The position numbers were made by a program, and so were the translations under genes. From NCBI RefSeq assembly GCF_009914755.1, contig NC_060935.1: DNA of 64,000 nt. One strand, 5' to 3'. Origin of the DNA: the human T2T-CHM13v2.0 reference genome, Homo sapiens. The notes under the pieces were generated by a model, which had not been told where the DNA came from, did no database searches, and was given only the letters and a program-made list of their open reading frames with translations. Below, one piece after another: positions 1 to 14,759 of this stretch. The first letter of the stretch is position 1. Each line of letters begins with the position of its first letter.

Positions 1-365
1 GTTCCTAGATGAGGAATGTACCACAGTCTGAGCCAATCAGCAAAAGGCATTTCCTTGCCACTGTGATTTGTTCATGAATTGTGCACATATGACCCACTTT
101 GGTCCAATAAGTGCATCTCAGGACATGGCAGGAGCTCCCTTTTTGTGTCAGACCTGAGACCACCATATGGCGCCTGCAAGTGAAAGCAGTACAGAAGCAA
201 AGTTTACTGAGAGACGATAAAAATTCCAATAATTGATGGTAATTTTTGAGTCCCTGCATCTGCATCTGAGTAAGTTTCACTCTGACCTCTTTAATTACAT
301 AAGCAATAAATTCCTGTTATTAATTTATCTGGTTTAAGCAAAGTTTTGCTTATGTACAATAGAAA
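1..365 (+). mobile_element. Old MaLR LTR fragment (MLT1K/L-like), truncated by window start
   Basis: agccaatcag...ctgtgatttgttca...atgacccactttggtccaat resembles late MLT1 LTRs; aataaattcc and a tail-like segment near 305-365. Recalled consensus only. Confidence 0.45.
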
Positions 366-1342
366 TAATTTTAAAATAACAAGTACAAATCATAGAAGCC
401 AAACTTGAGTTTTGGTGCCAAAGCGCTTCTGCTTGAAAAGAAATTCCTTTTTGGTATAAATCAAATGGGCACAGGGAGTCAGCGTACTCGGACTTAGGCC
501 AGCCAAGAACACATGGCCCATTAGAACAAATGATCCCATCTGTTTCCTGTGGGAAAGGCTTTTCTTTCTGTATGTTTCAAATACTCTCTGCATTCAGGGT
601 CTTTAAATGCCAACCGTTGTTCTAGTTCCTCAAACTCAACAAGCAAATAGAAACTATAAAATTTTGATGAACATCAATCAGAGAAGAAAATCTTACAACC
701 AGATTATAAAAGTTCCCTCATAAGATAGTTGCATTTGGAAGAGAGATTTGTGTGGTTCAATATACCAAAAACTTATTTCCTCACCTGTTCTCATCAAGCT
801 TAATGAATATCTTACACAAAAAAACAATCCCTTTTGTTACTGCATTCTATGTCTTGGCAAGCTTCAGACTTAACAGGTCCATTAAAATGGTACCTTCCAC
901 ACAGAGTGCAACAATAATCTCTGGGCATCATTGTCATCCAGGCTTTCCCAAATGAAAAGACAAACTCTGTATCACATAAAGTCATCAGTAAACCATCTTC
1001 GGAAATTAGAGCAAAGAGAAGAATAATGTATTCAGATATATTCAAGAGGCACACAAAACAAATACACACACTGTTTTACAGTATTTACATTTTGAAGGGA
1101 ACACCTTATATCTATTTTAAAAGCTTGTTGTGTTCTGTAATCTCCCCAGCCTTTCACATTCATAGCAATTTATCTGCACCTTTCTTGTGGTATTTATTAC
1201 TTGCTACTTTTATTATCGTTAAATATCTATAAGTCTTATCTTTTCTACAAGAATTTGGTTTATCCTCATCTCTCAGGCATAGTATAGCACAGTGGCTTGT
1301 AGATACAGAACTTCTGCAAATAAACGTTTAAGTATTTTTTTA

Positions 1343-1832
1343 ATTAATGAATTTATTTATTTATTTATTTATTTATTTATTATTATTATACTTTAAGTTT
1401 TAGGGTACATGTGCATAATGTGCAGGTTAGTTACATATGTATACATGTGCCATGCTGGTGCGCTGCACACACTAACTCATCATCTAGCATTAGGTATATC
1501 TCCCAATGCTATCCCTCCCCCCTCCCCCCACCCCACAACAGTCCCCAGAGTGTGATGTTCCCCTTCCTGTGTCCATGTGTTCTCATTGTTCAATTCCCAC
1601 CTATGAGTGAGAATATGCGGTGTTTGGTTTTTTGTTCTTGCGATAGTTTACTGAGAATGATGATTTCCAATTTCATCCATGTCCCTACAAAGGACATGAA
1701 CTCATCATTTTTTATGGCTGCATAGTATTCCATTGTGTATATGTGCCACATTTTCTTAATCCAGTCTATCATTGTTGGACATCTGGGTTGGTTCCAAGTC
1801 TTTGCTATTGTGAATAATGCCGCAATAAACAT
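1343..1832 (-). mobile_element. 5'-truncated L1 3' end, L1PA2-like
   Basis: L1 3'UTR and ORF2 C-terminus (ORF 1590-1832 ends ...IFSLIGGN). Minus strand reads gatgatGAGttag and aaaacttAaagtataat, so not L1HS-Ta. Tail decayed to (TTTA)n. Degenerate TSD aagtattttttt / aagtatgattttt. Confidence 0.92.
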
Positions 1833-2666
1833 AAGTATGATTTTTAACAGCAGGGCAAACCTGGATGGAGACAGAAAGCTTTTTTACTTAAAGGAGATTG
1901 GGTTAAAAGAAAGTTGTAAGAGTTGAAAATTATTGTATTATAGCTCAAACTTCAGTGAAGAAATTTATTCTTCATGTAAACCCAATTATTCATTTGTACA
2001 TATAAACTCATTAGTTGATTGAATATCTATGAAAGCTATTATAAGATCAAGAATAGAAGAGAAATTATAGCAAGAGTTCTACGGAGAGGAAAACTTGCTC
2101 CTTTTTTTTAGATCTCAGTATTTTATGAAGTCAGTGATATGGAATTTTCTTATTTCCCTGTTCTTCTTGCTCAATTAAGATGCAAGAGAAAGGTAGTATG
2201 ATAAGAGTAAAGAATTTTCTAATTGAATGTAGATTTTACCCTAGCAAGTTATAAGAAGAAAATCGGAGGGTTTTCCTTCTGTTTGTGTGTTTGTTTTTTG
2301 TGGTAGAATAAATGTAGAGAAGAAAAAAACTGAGAGAAAGAGAGAGAGAGATTATGTAAAACTCTAAATTATCAAAGAACAAGAGACAGAATTATGTGTG
2401 AGTCTTGGAAAGACTTCTGAGCCGAGATGAAAGACACCAGCTGGCAAAAGAAATATTTCCCTTAAGCCTGTATAAAAATACCTGGATTAAGAACAGTCAA
2501 AAATAAGTGAGATAAGAATACCAAGTTGTATCTTGTTCATGGGTTTCATTTAAACCTAACTCTCAAATACATAAATAGTTTAATGCATTGATATCTTCAA
2601 TGTCTACACTTTCCTACTTCAAAATGTAGTTGTATTTATTTATTTCCCCTTGTTCACATTCAAAAA

Positions 2667-2726
2667 GAAATTATTAAACCCAGATCAAATGAAATTATTA
2701 AACCCAAGTCAAATGAAATTATTAAA
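2667..2726. repeat. 24-bp tandem repeat, ~2.5 copies
   Basis: gaaattattaaacccagatcaaat / gaaattattaaacccaagtcaaat / gaaattattaaa. Confidence 0.9.
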
Positions 2727-2826
2727 ATACAGTAGAAAACAAGAGGTCAATAATGGCAAGAGACAAAAAGAGATCCTAAAACATTAGCTGATAAGGAGTT
2801 ACTACTGTTAGAAAGAACACTTTCCT

Positions 2827-3237
<411 letters not shown>

Positions 3238-5039
3238 TTATTGTTATTATTTAAATAGAATCCTTAACTTTATAAATGGAAAATAAATACATTTGTGTTC
3301 AGCAAAATAATCATATTTAAATTTATTCTAATCAAAAGCAACGTAAAAGCGTTTTCTCTAATTTCACTGTGCAGGTAGCATCGTAGTCTGCAGTTCAGAC
3401 ATACAAAGAACCATTTTTTTTTTCCATAGAAGCATAATTATCTTTCAAGACCTGGATAATGTCTTGAAATCTCAGCCAATTTGATGTTTTTCCTTTCTCC
3501 TCCCTGAGGAAGTTTTCATGTTCTGATAAGTTTTGTGGAGGCTACATCAGTCAAGGTGGGGATTCTGTTCCATCGTGTCATTTCTCCATATAGGTATCTA
3601 ATGCTAAGTCCTTCATTCTGTTTCGACTTTGGTCATTAGGTCCACATAGGTAGCTCCAGAGACATGCCTCATTCCCATTTACGTGAACCCTACAGGTACA
3701 GAGTCTTTGCTGCTTTGGTGTAACGTTTGGTGTTAGAGAAATATTTCAGCTTCTGGGTCACTCTGGGGCATTCTCTGAGGCTCCAGAAGAACCTCACTGG
3801 GTTGGACTAAGCAGGCAGCATTTTCTAGAAATATTGTTGCTTCCTAGAGCTCAGCTTAGGTGAATCTATTCTAGAAAAGATGGTCATGGTCATAGAAGGG
3901 ATGGGGTTGCAAAACGTGCTGGGCCAGCAGGGGAGGTGAAGCAGTTTTTCTCTATTTCATATTACTCCAAACATTTTTGTGCTTGGAGCTCTCTCAATTA
4001 CCTTAAGCTATTTAGGCTTTAAATGAAAGCCAGGAAGAGATTGGCAGGCTATTTTTTTTTCTTTCCAGTTTGCTGTTTCCCTCTCCTGAGGCAGCAGCCC
4101 AGGATGTCCTAGCTGTTTGAATAAGAAAGTTCAGGAGGATGGAATTATCAGGAGTGGTGAAGAAACACATGATTTAGTATTTCAAAACTTTCCCAGGAAA
4201 TAAGAAAAAATGTCTATGAGGTTATATAGGAGAAAATTAGCATAAAGTTGTGGCTAGGTAGAAGAAATTAGCATAAATTAGAATAAAACAGTCTGATTTT
4301 GCTGATCTCTTTGCCTCTAAGCAATCCTATAAAACTAAACTTTAAATCTCTTTAAAATAGAGAAACTGGTGACAAAAGTATTCTTTTCTACTGCATAGTT
4401 TTCCTTGACTTTCTGGTATACCCTAAAACATCCTTAGGGATAAATCTTTATTTTCTTCAATAGACCTCACTATTAAAAGTTAAACTTTTTCCTCTATGAA
4501 ATATATTCAATACTAATAACAGGTCATTTTGGCCTTGCCCTTGGGTATTTTGCTAAGTCATGCATTTAGATGTTTTTTTTTCAAACTCCTTTATAAATTA
4601 ATTCTTTACAAACCAATATAATATATCCAGTGCTAATTTCTATTACAATTTATAAATTCCTTCACAAAGAAAGTGTCACTAAAGTCAGACAATGTCTTTG
4701 TATGTCTTCTGCATCATGCAATACCAAAACTTTCTTATCAATTAGATCATTTTGTTCCACATTCATTGCCATATAAGTGCAAATTTGTACTAGTCTGGGA
4801 GGGTTATGAATAACTTGACAAAGTTGTAACTTATAGATTGGTGAGTTTTCCTTCTATCTGAAAATGGTTCAAGTGTATGAAGCGCCCATAAGCTTCTAAT
4901 ACTGTGTACAAACCATCCACCTGGACTGCCTCTGTGTAGTAAACATGCACCAACATGCTCTGAACGTCTCTTACATGTTGGTCATTGTCTACTTTCAGGG
5001 AGCCTGCCATTCCAAGGTAGGGCCAGATAACTTGTATCA

Positions 5040-5430
5040 CCAGACACCCCCGCTATTAGGGTACACCTATGTGATCTACACTCTGCTACTCACAAGTACC
5101 TGAGCAGACTTGGGTTCTGAAGGTTATAGACACACACTTCTGAGCATGTGATAATTGACATTCTGGCAGCTGTGATGGGGGTGGCACCATGTTTCATGCA
5201 GGTAGCAGTGGCAGAGCTTCTGACATCCAGAACTGAGTATCATGGAAGCCAAACTGTAATGAGGTACCATTTCCCCCACAAAGGCCCTTTGGGTTAACTA
5301 AGAATTGTCCCTAAATTAGTGGCTCAAGAGTCTGGTTTTCATACCCTCCTGGAGAGCCATAAGTTAAAAATGACCTTTTATAAATTACTTTACTGGTTAA
5401 ACTAAATGTTTTTTGCAATGCAAAACACTT
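5040..5430 (+). mobile_element. Old ERVL-class LTR (LTR33-like)
   Basis: atgtgatctacactctgctactca... and a terminal taaattactttactggttaaacta...ttgcaa resemble LTR33; highly diverged, boundaries approximate. Confidence 0.4.
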
Positions 5431-6806
5431 TTATAGTTAGTTATTAAACAAATAATTAATCATAAAATATCATATTTCTATGCAAAATAAACTGATCTTG
5501 TTCATTTCAACATGCTAAACTTTAAACACTAGACATGTTTTGCATTCTAGGGGATATGGTGACCTAATCTTAGTAAGTGAATAGATTTTCACATCTTTCT
5601 TTGTTTATACATTTGGTGCATATATTTTTGAGTTGTTGAAAGGAGGTTGTGTTTATAGGCATACTTTTTATTACTGGTATTTCAATTTAATACAATACAG
5701 TGGAAAATGCAACTGGCCTGCCTAATACAATCACCCTAAACACTAAGGCATTCATTCTGTGAGCGATTATTGAATGCTTTCTACATACAAACAGTAGCAA
5801 ATATGAAATGCATGAAATTAATAATAGGAGATAGTCTCAGTTTTCAAGCTCTCACTATCACAGTTTCCTTGGATTAAAAATGGCATCCAAACTAGAAAAG
5901 TTTTCATTATGCCTCTACAATTTCTACTTATTTCTCAAATTAATTGCTCTTTCCATAGAACTTATTTATTACTAAGGCTATCCAAGGAAAATAACCTGTT
6001 CTGTTCCTGTAGGCCTCACTGGTAGTATCACAAAACTGTGTGTTATATTTCAAAACAATATTACTATTCATCTCCCATGGACCATATTAACATAACTGTC
6101 CTTTGGGGAAACAACCAAATAAATCACTTATATATCTCCAACCATTGTCATTTGTCTTACAAGAATCCCAGAGCCAGCCACCCATCCTACTCTCATCCTA
6201 ACCAAACCTTGCTTTGTGGCATCAATAACTAATTACATTAAAGTTCTGCCTAAGTAACATAGATTGATAGTTTCATTATAGCATTTAATTAGAATTGTTT
6301 TTAATTTTTCAGGAAAGAAATGGTGTAATAGGTGAAAGAACAGCTGTTGTAGGTCACATGGAAAGAATATGATGGAGTAACAAAAAATAAACTTCGCTAG
6401 AAAAGCCAAGTGGCATTTAAGTGTTTGGGAATGCCTTATGTGAAGGGAAGGAAGTCAGCCATCTGTCATATTTCATCTAATCAATGTCTCCGAACTTTAT
6501 CACTTAATGTTACTTGTGTGGCATGCACAGGCAAGGGCAAGAGGAAGTACTTGCAGAAACAAGGTCTGCTCTGGCTCAATAAATTCTGTTTCCTATAACA
6601 TGGCACCACCTTAGCTTCTAGGAATACGAAGGGGATCTTTGATCCCTAATGTAGCCCCTTTTTGGACAGAAACTAAAAATCTTCAGGTATGAAACAAACT
6701 TGTAACAGGTATGACTATTTTTTTCATTAAAGGGATAACTGGAGTAAAATTCTTGCCATGCTTTAAACTGATGTTAAACTGATTTCCTCTTTAAAGATGG
6801 AAAACT

Positions 6807-7487
<681 letters not shown>

Positions 7488-8211
7488 CCTCTTAAAAAAA
7501 GAACCCTCCACGGTTTGTTTTCAGACATCTACCTTCAGCCCTCTTGGACAAGAATGGCATGTACCTGCATAAGTGTCATCTCTCTGTCTTCACATACACG
7601 AGGAACACACTCTATCAATTATGGTACTTCTTTCCAATGAGTACAGAAATACTTCTTAACCCAGTGTTCCAAATGCCACTTCCATTTTCCAGAGCTAGCA
7701 TGCAAAATAAAACATATTGACTCTCCCTTCCTAAGCAATTTAGTCACCTTGTGTTCTTAGCCTTTGCCTCTCTGCTGATTGTTACGGTGTAGTTGGGAGC
7801 TGGATATTAAATATATTTGAATAGTTTTTTTTAAAAGGCTTTAGTTAGAGATGAAAGCAAGAAAAAAACACAATGGGATTAAGACTCAATGCTGGTACAG
7901 TAGGATGAGAGGAGCCAAATGATAATGTGTCATAAGTCAAATAATACAAAGGGAAGTTAAAGCAGGTGAGAGACAGGAAGAAGAGCTGGGGAATTGTTCC
8001 TCTTAATGACAAGAGAAGAGCCAAAATTTCATGAACCAAAGGAGACCAGAGTGTGTCAACAGAGGGTTTTGAGGGCAAACCCAAAGTGAGTGTTTGGATG
8101 GTGAGGATGTTCTGAGTATATTAAGAATCCAACCTGAATTTTAAAGTTATGTTCTCTGCAGTTGAAGAGCCACTATAGTCTTTGGTGGAATGGGGCAACC
8201 AATGTTTCCTA

Positions 8212-8542
<331 letters not shown>

Positions 8543-8999
8543 CATGTGTCCTAGTCTTCACAGTACAGCCTAAAACCTGACACAGGTTTCTGGGCTTCCT
8601 GGTCAATGTGGGTGAGTACCGTGACACAGTTCTTCTGCTTCCAATATAGAGTTCAATTAGGAGTCCTCTGGAAGGCAGTATAAGAAGACTGATCATTATA
8701 TAATTCCAAACTGCAGATCTAATGGTCATCTCTCTCAATATACTGCATTGAATTTTATTAGGTTTAATAGATATTTTATCAATCATGTATACAATCATAT
8801 TTTTATCCTAACGTTTATATTTTGTTTTATTTCTCCTTATGATTTCAATAATCACCAATTTCATTCAATCAAATGCCAGGGTAATCTTTGCCCCCAAATC
8901 TTGCTCATGCACAGTGTCAAAGCACAAAGTCTTATCCCTTCTCTCTATCCCTTTCCTTTGTCCCCGGTTCTCTCTGTTCACTTATTCTTTCACTAGATT

Positions 9000-9630
9000 T
9001 GTATCTTTATTTAAGATCTCTTTAGAGACTTCCTTGCTTCCATCTTTGCAACTCTAACATATATATTTCCCCTTTCAGTAGATTAGAATCATGAAAACAT
9101 GATTCTGGTAATACTCATTTCATCAATGTCTTTCTATGAGTCCCATAATCCTACAGAGTAGGATCCAAATTCCGTGACTTAGCATTCATTCTCTTCTATA
9201 ATTTACATACAGCCTATCTTTTTAATATTGTCCTCAACCATAATTCTACTGTGAACTTCATAATTCATGAAATTGCCATTTCCAGAAAACGTCTGACTTT
9301 TTTTTTTTTTTTAATTTTCAGGCCATTCCACATGTATTCTGCCCACTAGTTGGTTTCCATCTTTCTGTTTGTCCCTTTTTCAAACCTGGGCTATAAAACT
9401 ACCTCCTTTACAAAAATCTTCCCTGATGTGTTACTACCGGGAATTCCTTTTCTTTTTGATGAACCACTACATCACTTGTAGTATATAGCATTTGATTATA
9501 ATTACTTAGGAATAGACTGTATTCCCTCACTCTATAAACTCCTTGATGGTAAGAATTTGTTTTACTCATTTCTCTTTTGCTAATAGTGGCTTTGATAAAC
9601 TAGATGCACACTGTATTTTGTAAATGAAAT
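9000..9630 (+). mobile_element. L2 3' fragment
   Basis: Diverged L2 tail motifs (ccaaattcc...agcattca; ctataaactccttgatggtaagaatttg; ttttgtaaatgaa). Confidence 0.5.
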
Positions 9631-9854
9631 AATACATTGAAGAATGAGTCAATCCCTGGAGCAAATTCATTCTTGAGTCATCATCTCTCCTAATCCATGT
9701 GAATAAAACACTTGGTTAGCAGAGATAATTACAATTTCAAGAAAATCTCTCAACTTCACAGTATACACCTAATAAATCATTTTTCTGAAGCAAACTGTAA
9801 GTATCAGAAATATTAATATGAGTTATTTCCTTCACTTCCTTCATCTAGTCTAAT

Positions 9855-10250
9855 TTATTCTTTCATTCACCAAACATTTACTGTGTTTTTAATATATGCT
9901 GTCATAACGCTAGAAATTAGAACTGTAGAGAACATAATTCCTACCTTCAAGAGGCTTTCTACTAGAGGCAATAGAGATGTTAACTTTAGCATAATTAAAG
10001 TATAGTATGACAAGTGTTCTAGCAGAGAAATAAATGTGGCCTTGGAAGGCAAAAGAGGAGTCACTAAGCCAAATCAAGATTCAGTAAAGAATTCACCAAG
10101 ACAGTAAAGTCTGAGTTGAATTTCTAAGGGAAAATTTAAGTTGCATAAATGGACACCTTTGGAGGAGGTAGTCCTCCAGGGAGAACCTCACATGTGAAGG
10201 CACAGGGGCAAGGGCAAGCAGTACGGGCTCTATGACTTCAAGGAATGAAC
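9855..10250 (-). mobile_element. L2 3' fragment
   Basis: ttcattcaccaaacatttactg...cctaccttcaagaggctttcta is a reverse-strand L2 tail. Confidence 0.55.
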
Positions 10251-10274
10251 TCACAGAAGACAATACTAGAGTGG

Positions 10275-11001
<727 letters not shown>

Positions 11002-11279
11002 TCCTCTCAAATATTGTAGTACCTGGATTGCTTCCAAATACATGAAAGCACAGGTAAATGCTCACATTCCTCTAAAGAAGGAAATTAATTGAAATATTGG
11101 CAATACCTTGACATCATACTGGAGTAAAAATCTAAAGCTCTCATCCAGAAACAAATTTATTTCATCATTAGAGAAAAGGGAACAATTTACATGGTACCTT
11201 AGATAAAAAAGGAAAATGAGAGAGGAGAAATAACAGGACAGTGGGCTCAGGGGAGAGAAATCAGGATTATAGTAAAGTC

Positions 11280-12305
11280 TGTGTATCAGCCAAGATGCTA
11301 TAAGTAATATGGGAACAGAATTTAACATAGGAATTAGAATTTGGACAACTGTGGAATAGCTGAGGAAGTGAATGTCTGGAAAGGTGACTGAAACGATTAG
11401 GGAAACCTTAATAAATCAGTTTGTCTGAAGTACTGATGTGGATGGAGTGGGGTCCAAGCACATGTGGCTTTTGAAATGAAACACGAAGATCAAGCTAAGT
11501 AGAGGTCTGTGGACCCTGCTTCTTCTGGGGGAAGCCCTTGACTTCAACTAGCGACATCCTCAGTGGGCCCACAGATATTGATCTGATGGTGGGCTTGGAG
11601 CCACAGTTGTGAACAGAACCAACAATTGAGTAAACAAGTGGATGCACAGAAAAATGAAGACAAGCTGGGATGCTCAGGGCACCTCTTTGTATACCTGTCA
11701 CCATCTATCTTAGTCCATTTTCTGCTGCTATTTTAAAAAAATACCAAAGACTTGGTAATTTATTTTTTTAAAAAAGAGATCTATTTGGCTCATAGAGGCT
11801 TGAAAGCCCAAGATCATGGCTCCAGCATCTGGAAAGATTTATCCCATAGTGGAAAGGCATCACATGATGAAAGAGCATGTGAGACAAAGAAAGAAAATCA
11901 GGTTGAACTCATCCTTTTTATCAGGAACCCATTCTCACAATAACTCACTCATTCCCACCATAATTAACCATTCCATGGAGGCAGAGCCCTCATGATGTAA
12001 TCACTTCTTAAAGTTCTCATTTCTTAATACTGCTACAATGGCAATAAAATTCCAACATGAGTTTTAGAGAAAATATTTAAACCATAGCACCCTCTGACTA
12101 CAACAATCTTCTAAGAACACGGATTTCAGCTTCAACTCCCTTTAAATTCAATTCACCTTTAAATCCCATGCAATTTCTTCTTTTGGCAAACTATTACTTT
12201 ATGGTTTGCTTTACTTGATAACAGAAAGGGTTTTTTCTTCTCTTGTTTAGTTGATCATGGCTAAAATTAGAGATCCCTCGTCATAACTAAACTGACACAA
12301 CACAT
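11280..12305 (-). mobile_element. Old ERVL-class LTR (LTR41-like) interrupted by an MST element
   Basis: tgtatcagc start, aaatcccatgcaatttcttcttttggcaaact, end taaactgacacaaca; weak recall. Confidence 0.35.
11706..12089 (-). mobile_element. MaLR solo LTR (MSTC/D or MLT1A-like)
   Basis: tatcttagtccattttctgctgcta...gcagagccctcatgatgtaatcac...aaaccatagca; 5-bp TSD ccatc / ccctc. Confidence 0.85.
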
Positions 12306-13223
12306 TCCAGTAGAGCCTATCCTTTTGTAGATGTGCAAAAGGAATCCCAAATAATTTCTTTGAGTGAAATTTTTATGCGTCTCAAGAGAAAGGGTGATTT
12401 CACATCTGGGTCAAGATAGGAAAGTACAGAGTAGCATTCATGGAAGAGGCAGGAGGCAAATAAAATGCTGAGAATAAAACTTCTCCCCCAGATTCATTAA
12501 TATCTTGAAGAGCTTCTACAGCCACAGGAGACTAAGTCAATTTATCTTAATCTTGACAGACAAAAAGGCTTCCCTCTAACATGTTGCATTATAATTTATC
12601 AGATTCTATAAGTCAGGAGCTTAGGAGAGAAATTCAAGGTGATTCTAAGCATTCACAGCATTAAGTCTCTGGAAATACTCCCCCAAATCTTTTTTCCCCT
12701 ATTGGATTTATTTCTTTTTGCTTTAGTTGATACTCAAAAAGATTTGGTTATTTCTTTTTTCATTGGGTCAATCTGTTAGTCTGACTTCAAACTCTCAGAA
12801 TTTTGGATTAGTTGCTTTTAGAGACTCAGAGGACAAATCCTGTCTTTGTCTTTTAGTGGGATGAGAAATTCTTCTCTGAGCTCACAAAGAGCAAGATTAG
12901 ATTATCAATTCCTAGTGTCTCCTATTATAGTTCATGCTGCAGGAAGCAGTTCCAGAGAGTTTGTTAACCTGGTCTTTGTTCAATTAGGTGCTTGACTTGT
13001 GTCCTTAAGAACCTAATGTGTATGTACACCCAGGACTATGAAAATCTATTTGAATTCCTATAGGAGTTTCATGGTCTTCAGATCTCATGGTCTCTCAGAG
13101 AGGCACCTCATACGTAAGAGGTAACTGGTACCAGTTAACATAGACAAAAGTCTCAGTTCCATGAGTATGAACTCATGGATCATTTTGATGTGAATAATCT
13201 CATCTTATCATTAGTAAATATAA

Positions 13224-13227
<4 letters not shown>

Positions 13228-13264
<37 letters not shown>

Positions 13265-13269
13265 TGTGT
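13228..13269. repeat. (TG)n microsatellite
   Basis: Direct reading. Confidence 0.95.
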
Positions 13270-13337
13270 TATGTATATATAACACAGCAACTGATGTTTT
13301 ACAAACTGCTTTTGCAAGCATTTGTGTTTTACAGCAG

Positions 13338-14075
13338 TGTAATCACCAAGGGGTCCTTTGTGCCAGCTGCCCAGATAGAGCTGATTTATCATGACAGAGG
13401 AATTGCAGTAGAAAAAATGTTTAATTCACACAGAGCCGGCTAAATGGGAGACTGGAGTTTTACTATTTCTCAAATCAGTCTCCCCCAAAATTCGGAGATT
13501 GGGAGTTTTTAAGGATAATTTGGTCAGTAGGGGGCCAGGGAGTGGAGAGTGCTGATTGGTTAGGTTAGAGATGAACTCATAGGGAGTTGAAGCTGTCTTT
13601 ATGTGCTGAGTCCATTCCTAGGTGGGGCCCACAAGACCCGATGAACCAGTTTACACATCTGGGTGGTGGGTGGTGCCAGCTGATCCATGGAGTGTAGGGT
13701 CTGAAAATATCTTGAGCATCAGTTTTAGGTTTTACAATACTAACGCTATCCCCAGGAGCAACTGGGCAGGTTTAGAATCTTGTAGTCTCCAGCTGCAAAT
13801 CTCTTACACCATAATTTCTAATCTTGTGGCTAATTTGTTAGCCTTACAAAAGCAGTTTGGTCCCCAGGCAGGGAGGGAGTTTGTTTCAGGAAAGGTTGTT
13901 AACATCTTTGTTTCAAAGTTAAACTCCAAACTAAGTTCCTCCCAAAGTTAGTTTGGGTTACGCCCAGGATTGAACAAGGAAAGCTTGGAGATTAGAAGCA
14001 AGATGGAGTGGGTTAGGTCAGATCTCTTTCAGTGTCATAATTTTCTAAGTTATAATTTCTGCAGAGGCAATTTCG
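13338..14075 (-). mobile_element. LTR8/LTR8A solo LTR (ERV1)
   Basis: Reverse complement begins gaaattgcctctgcagaaattataac...gagatctgacctaacccactccatcttgcttctaa, matching the recalled LTR8 5' end; ~740 bp, near full length. Confidence 0.85.
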
Positions 14076-14375
14076 ACACTGCTTCATGGTAGACAAGGTA
14101 AAAATGTTATTCCTATGTTAGTGATAAGAAAACTGGAAAACAGAAAAGTGAAGGCTCTTCCTTAAGTTAGTATAGCCAATGAGGATCAAAGCAGATCTTA
14201 AATTATTTCCGGTCTACACTTGAATGGACATAACTATCTTTTCAAGAGTTGAAAATAAATTTACAAGAAATATCACATTCAATGTCCCAGTACTATCTGG
14301 GGAAAAAAGGGGAAGATATTTATCTTTCACTAAATAGAAAAACCAAGTCCTTGGAGGCTAAGTGCGCAAAGATGC

Positions 14376-14759
14376 TGTATTAGTCTGTTCTCTTATTGCT
14401 ATAAAGAACTACCTGAGACTGGGTAATTTGTAAAGAAAAGAAGTCTAATTGGCTCATGGTTTCGCAAAATGTACAGGAAGCATGGCCACGGAAGCCTCAG
14501 GAAAGTTACTATCATGGTGGAAGGCAAAGAGGAAGGAGGGATGTCTTACATGCCCTGAGCAGGAGGAAGAGAGAGAGAAGGAGGAGGTGCTACATGCTTT
14601 TAAACAACCAGATCTCGTGAGAACTCATTCACTATCACAAGAACAGCAAGGGAGAAATCTTCCCCCATGACCCAACCATCTCCCACCAGGCCCCTCCTCC
14701 AACAATTTGGATTACAATTCAGTAAGATTTGGGCAGAGACACAAATCAAAACCATATCA
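14376..14759 (-). mobile_element. MSTA-like MaLR solo LTR
   Basis: tgtattagtctgttctc...ttttaaacaaccagatctcgtgagaactc...aaaaccatatca; TSD gatgc / gacac. Confidence 0.9.

Noticed and set aside
1513-1535. C-rich G4-forming tract (also ~28084-28105)
   Set aside because: Standard L1 3'UTR poly-purine tract; not novel.
1590-1832. [19 protein letters not shown]... (also 45625-45873)
   Set aside because: C-terminal scraps of L1 ORF2p in truncated elements, not genes.
2667-2726. CRISPR-like repeat array
   Set aside because: Contiguous tandem units without unique spacers, eukaryotic context, no cas genes.
3442-3468. Short inverted repeats (tttcaagac/gtcttgaaa; also ~6633, ~15446, ~52374)
   Set aside because: Arms of 6-9 bp are expected by chance in 64 kb of AT-rich DNA.
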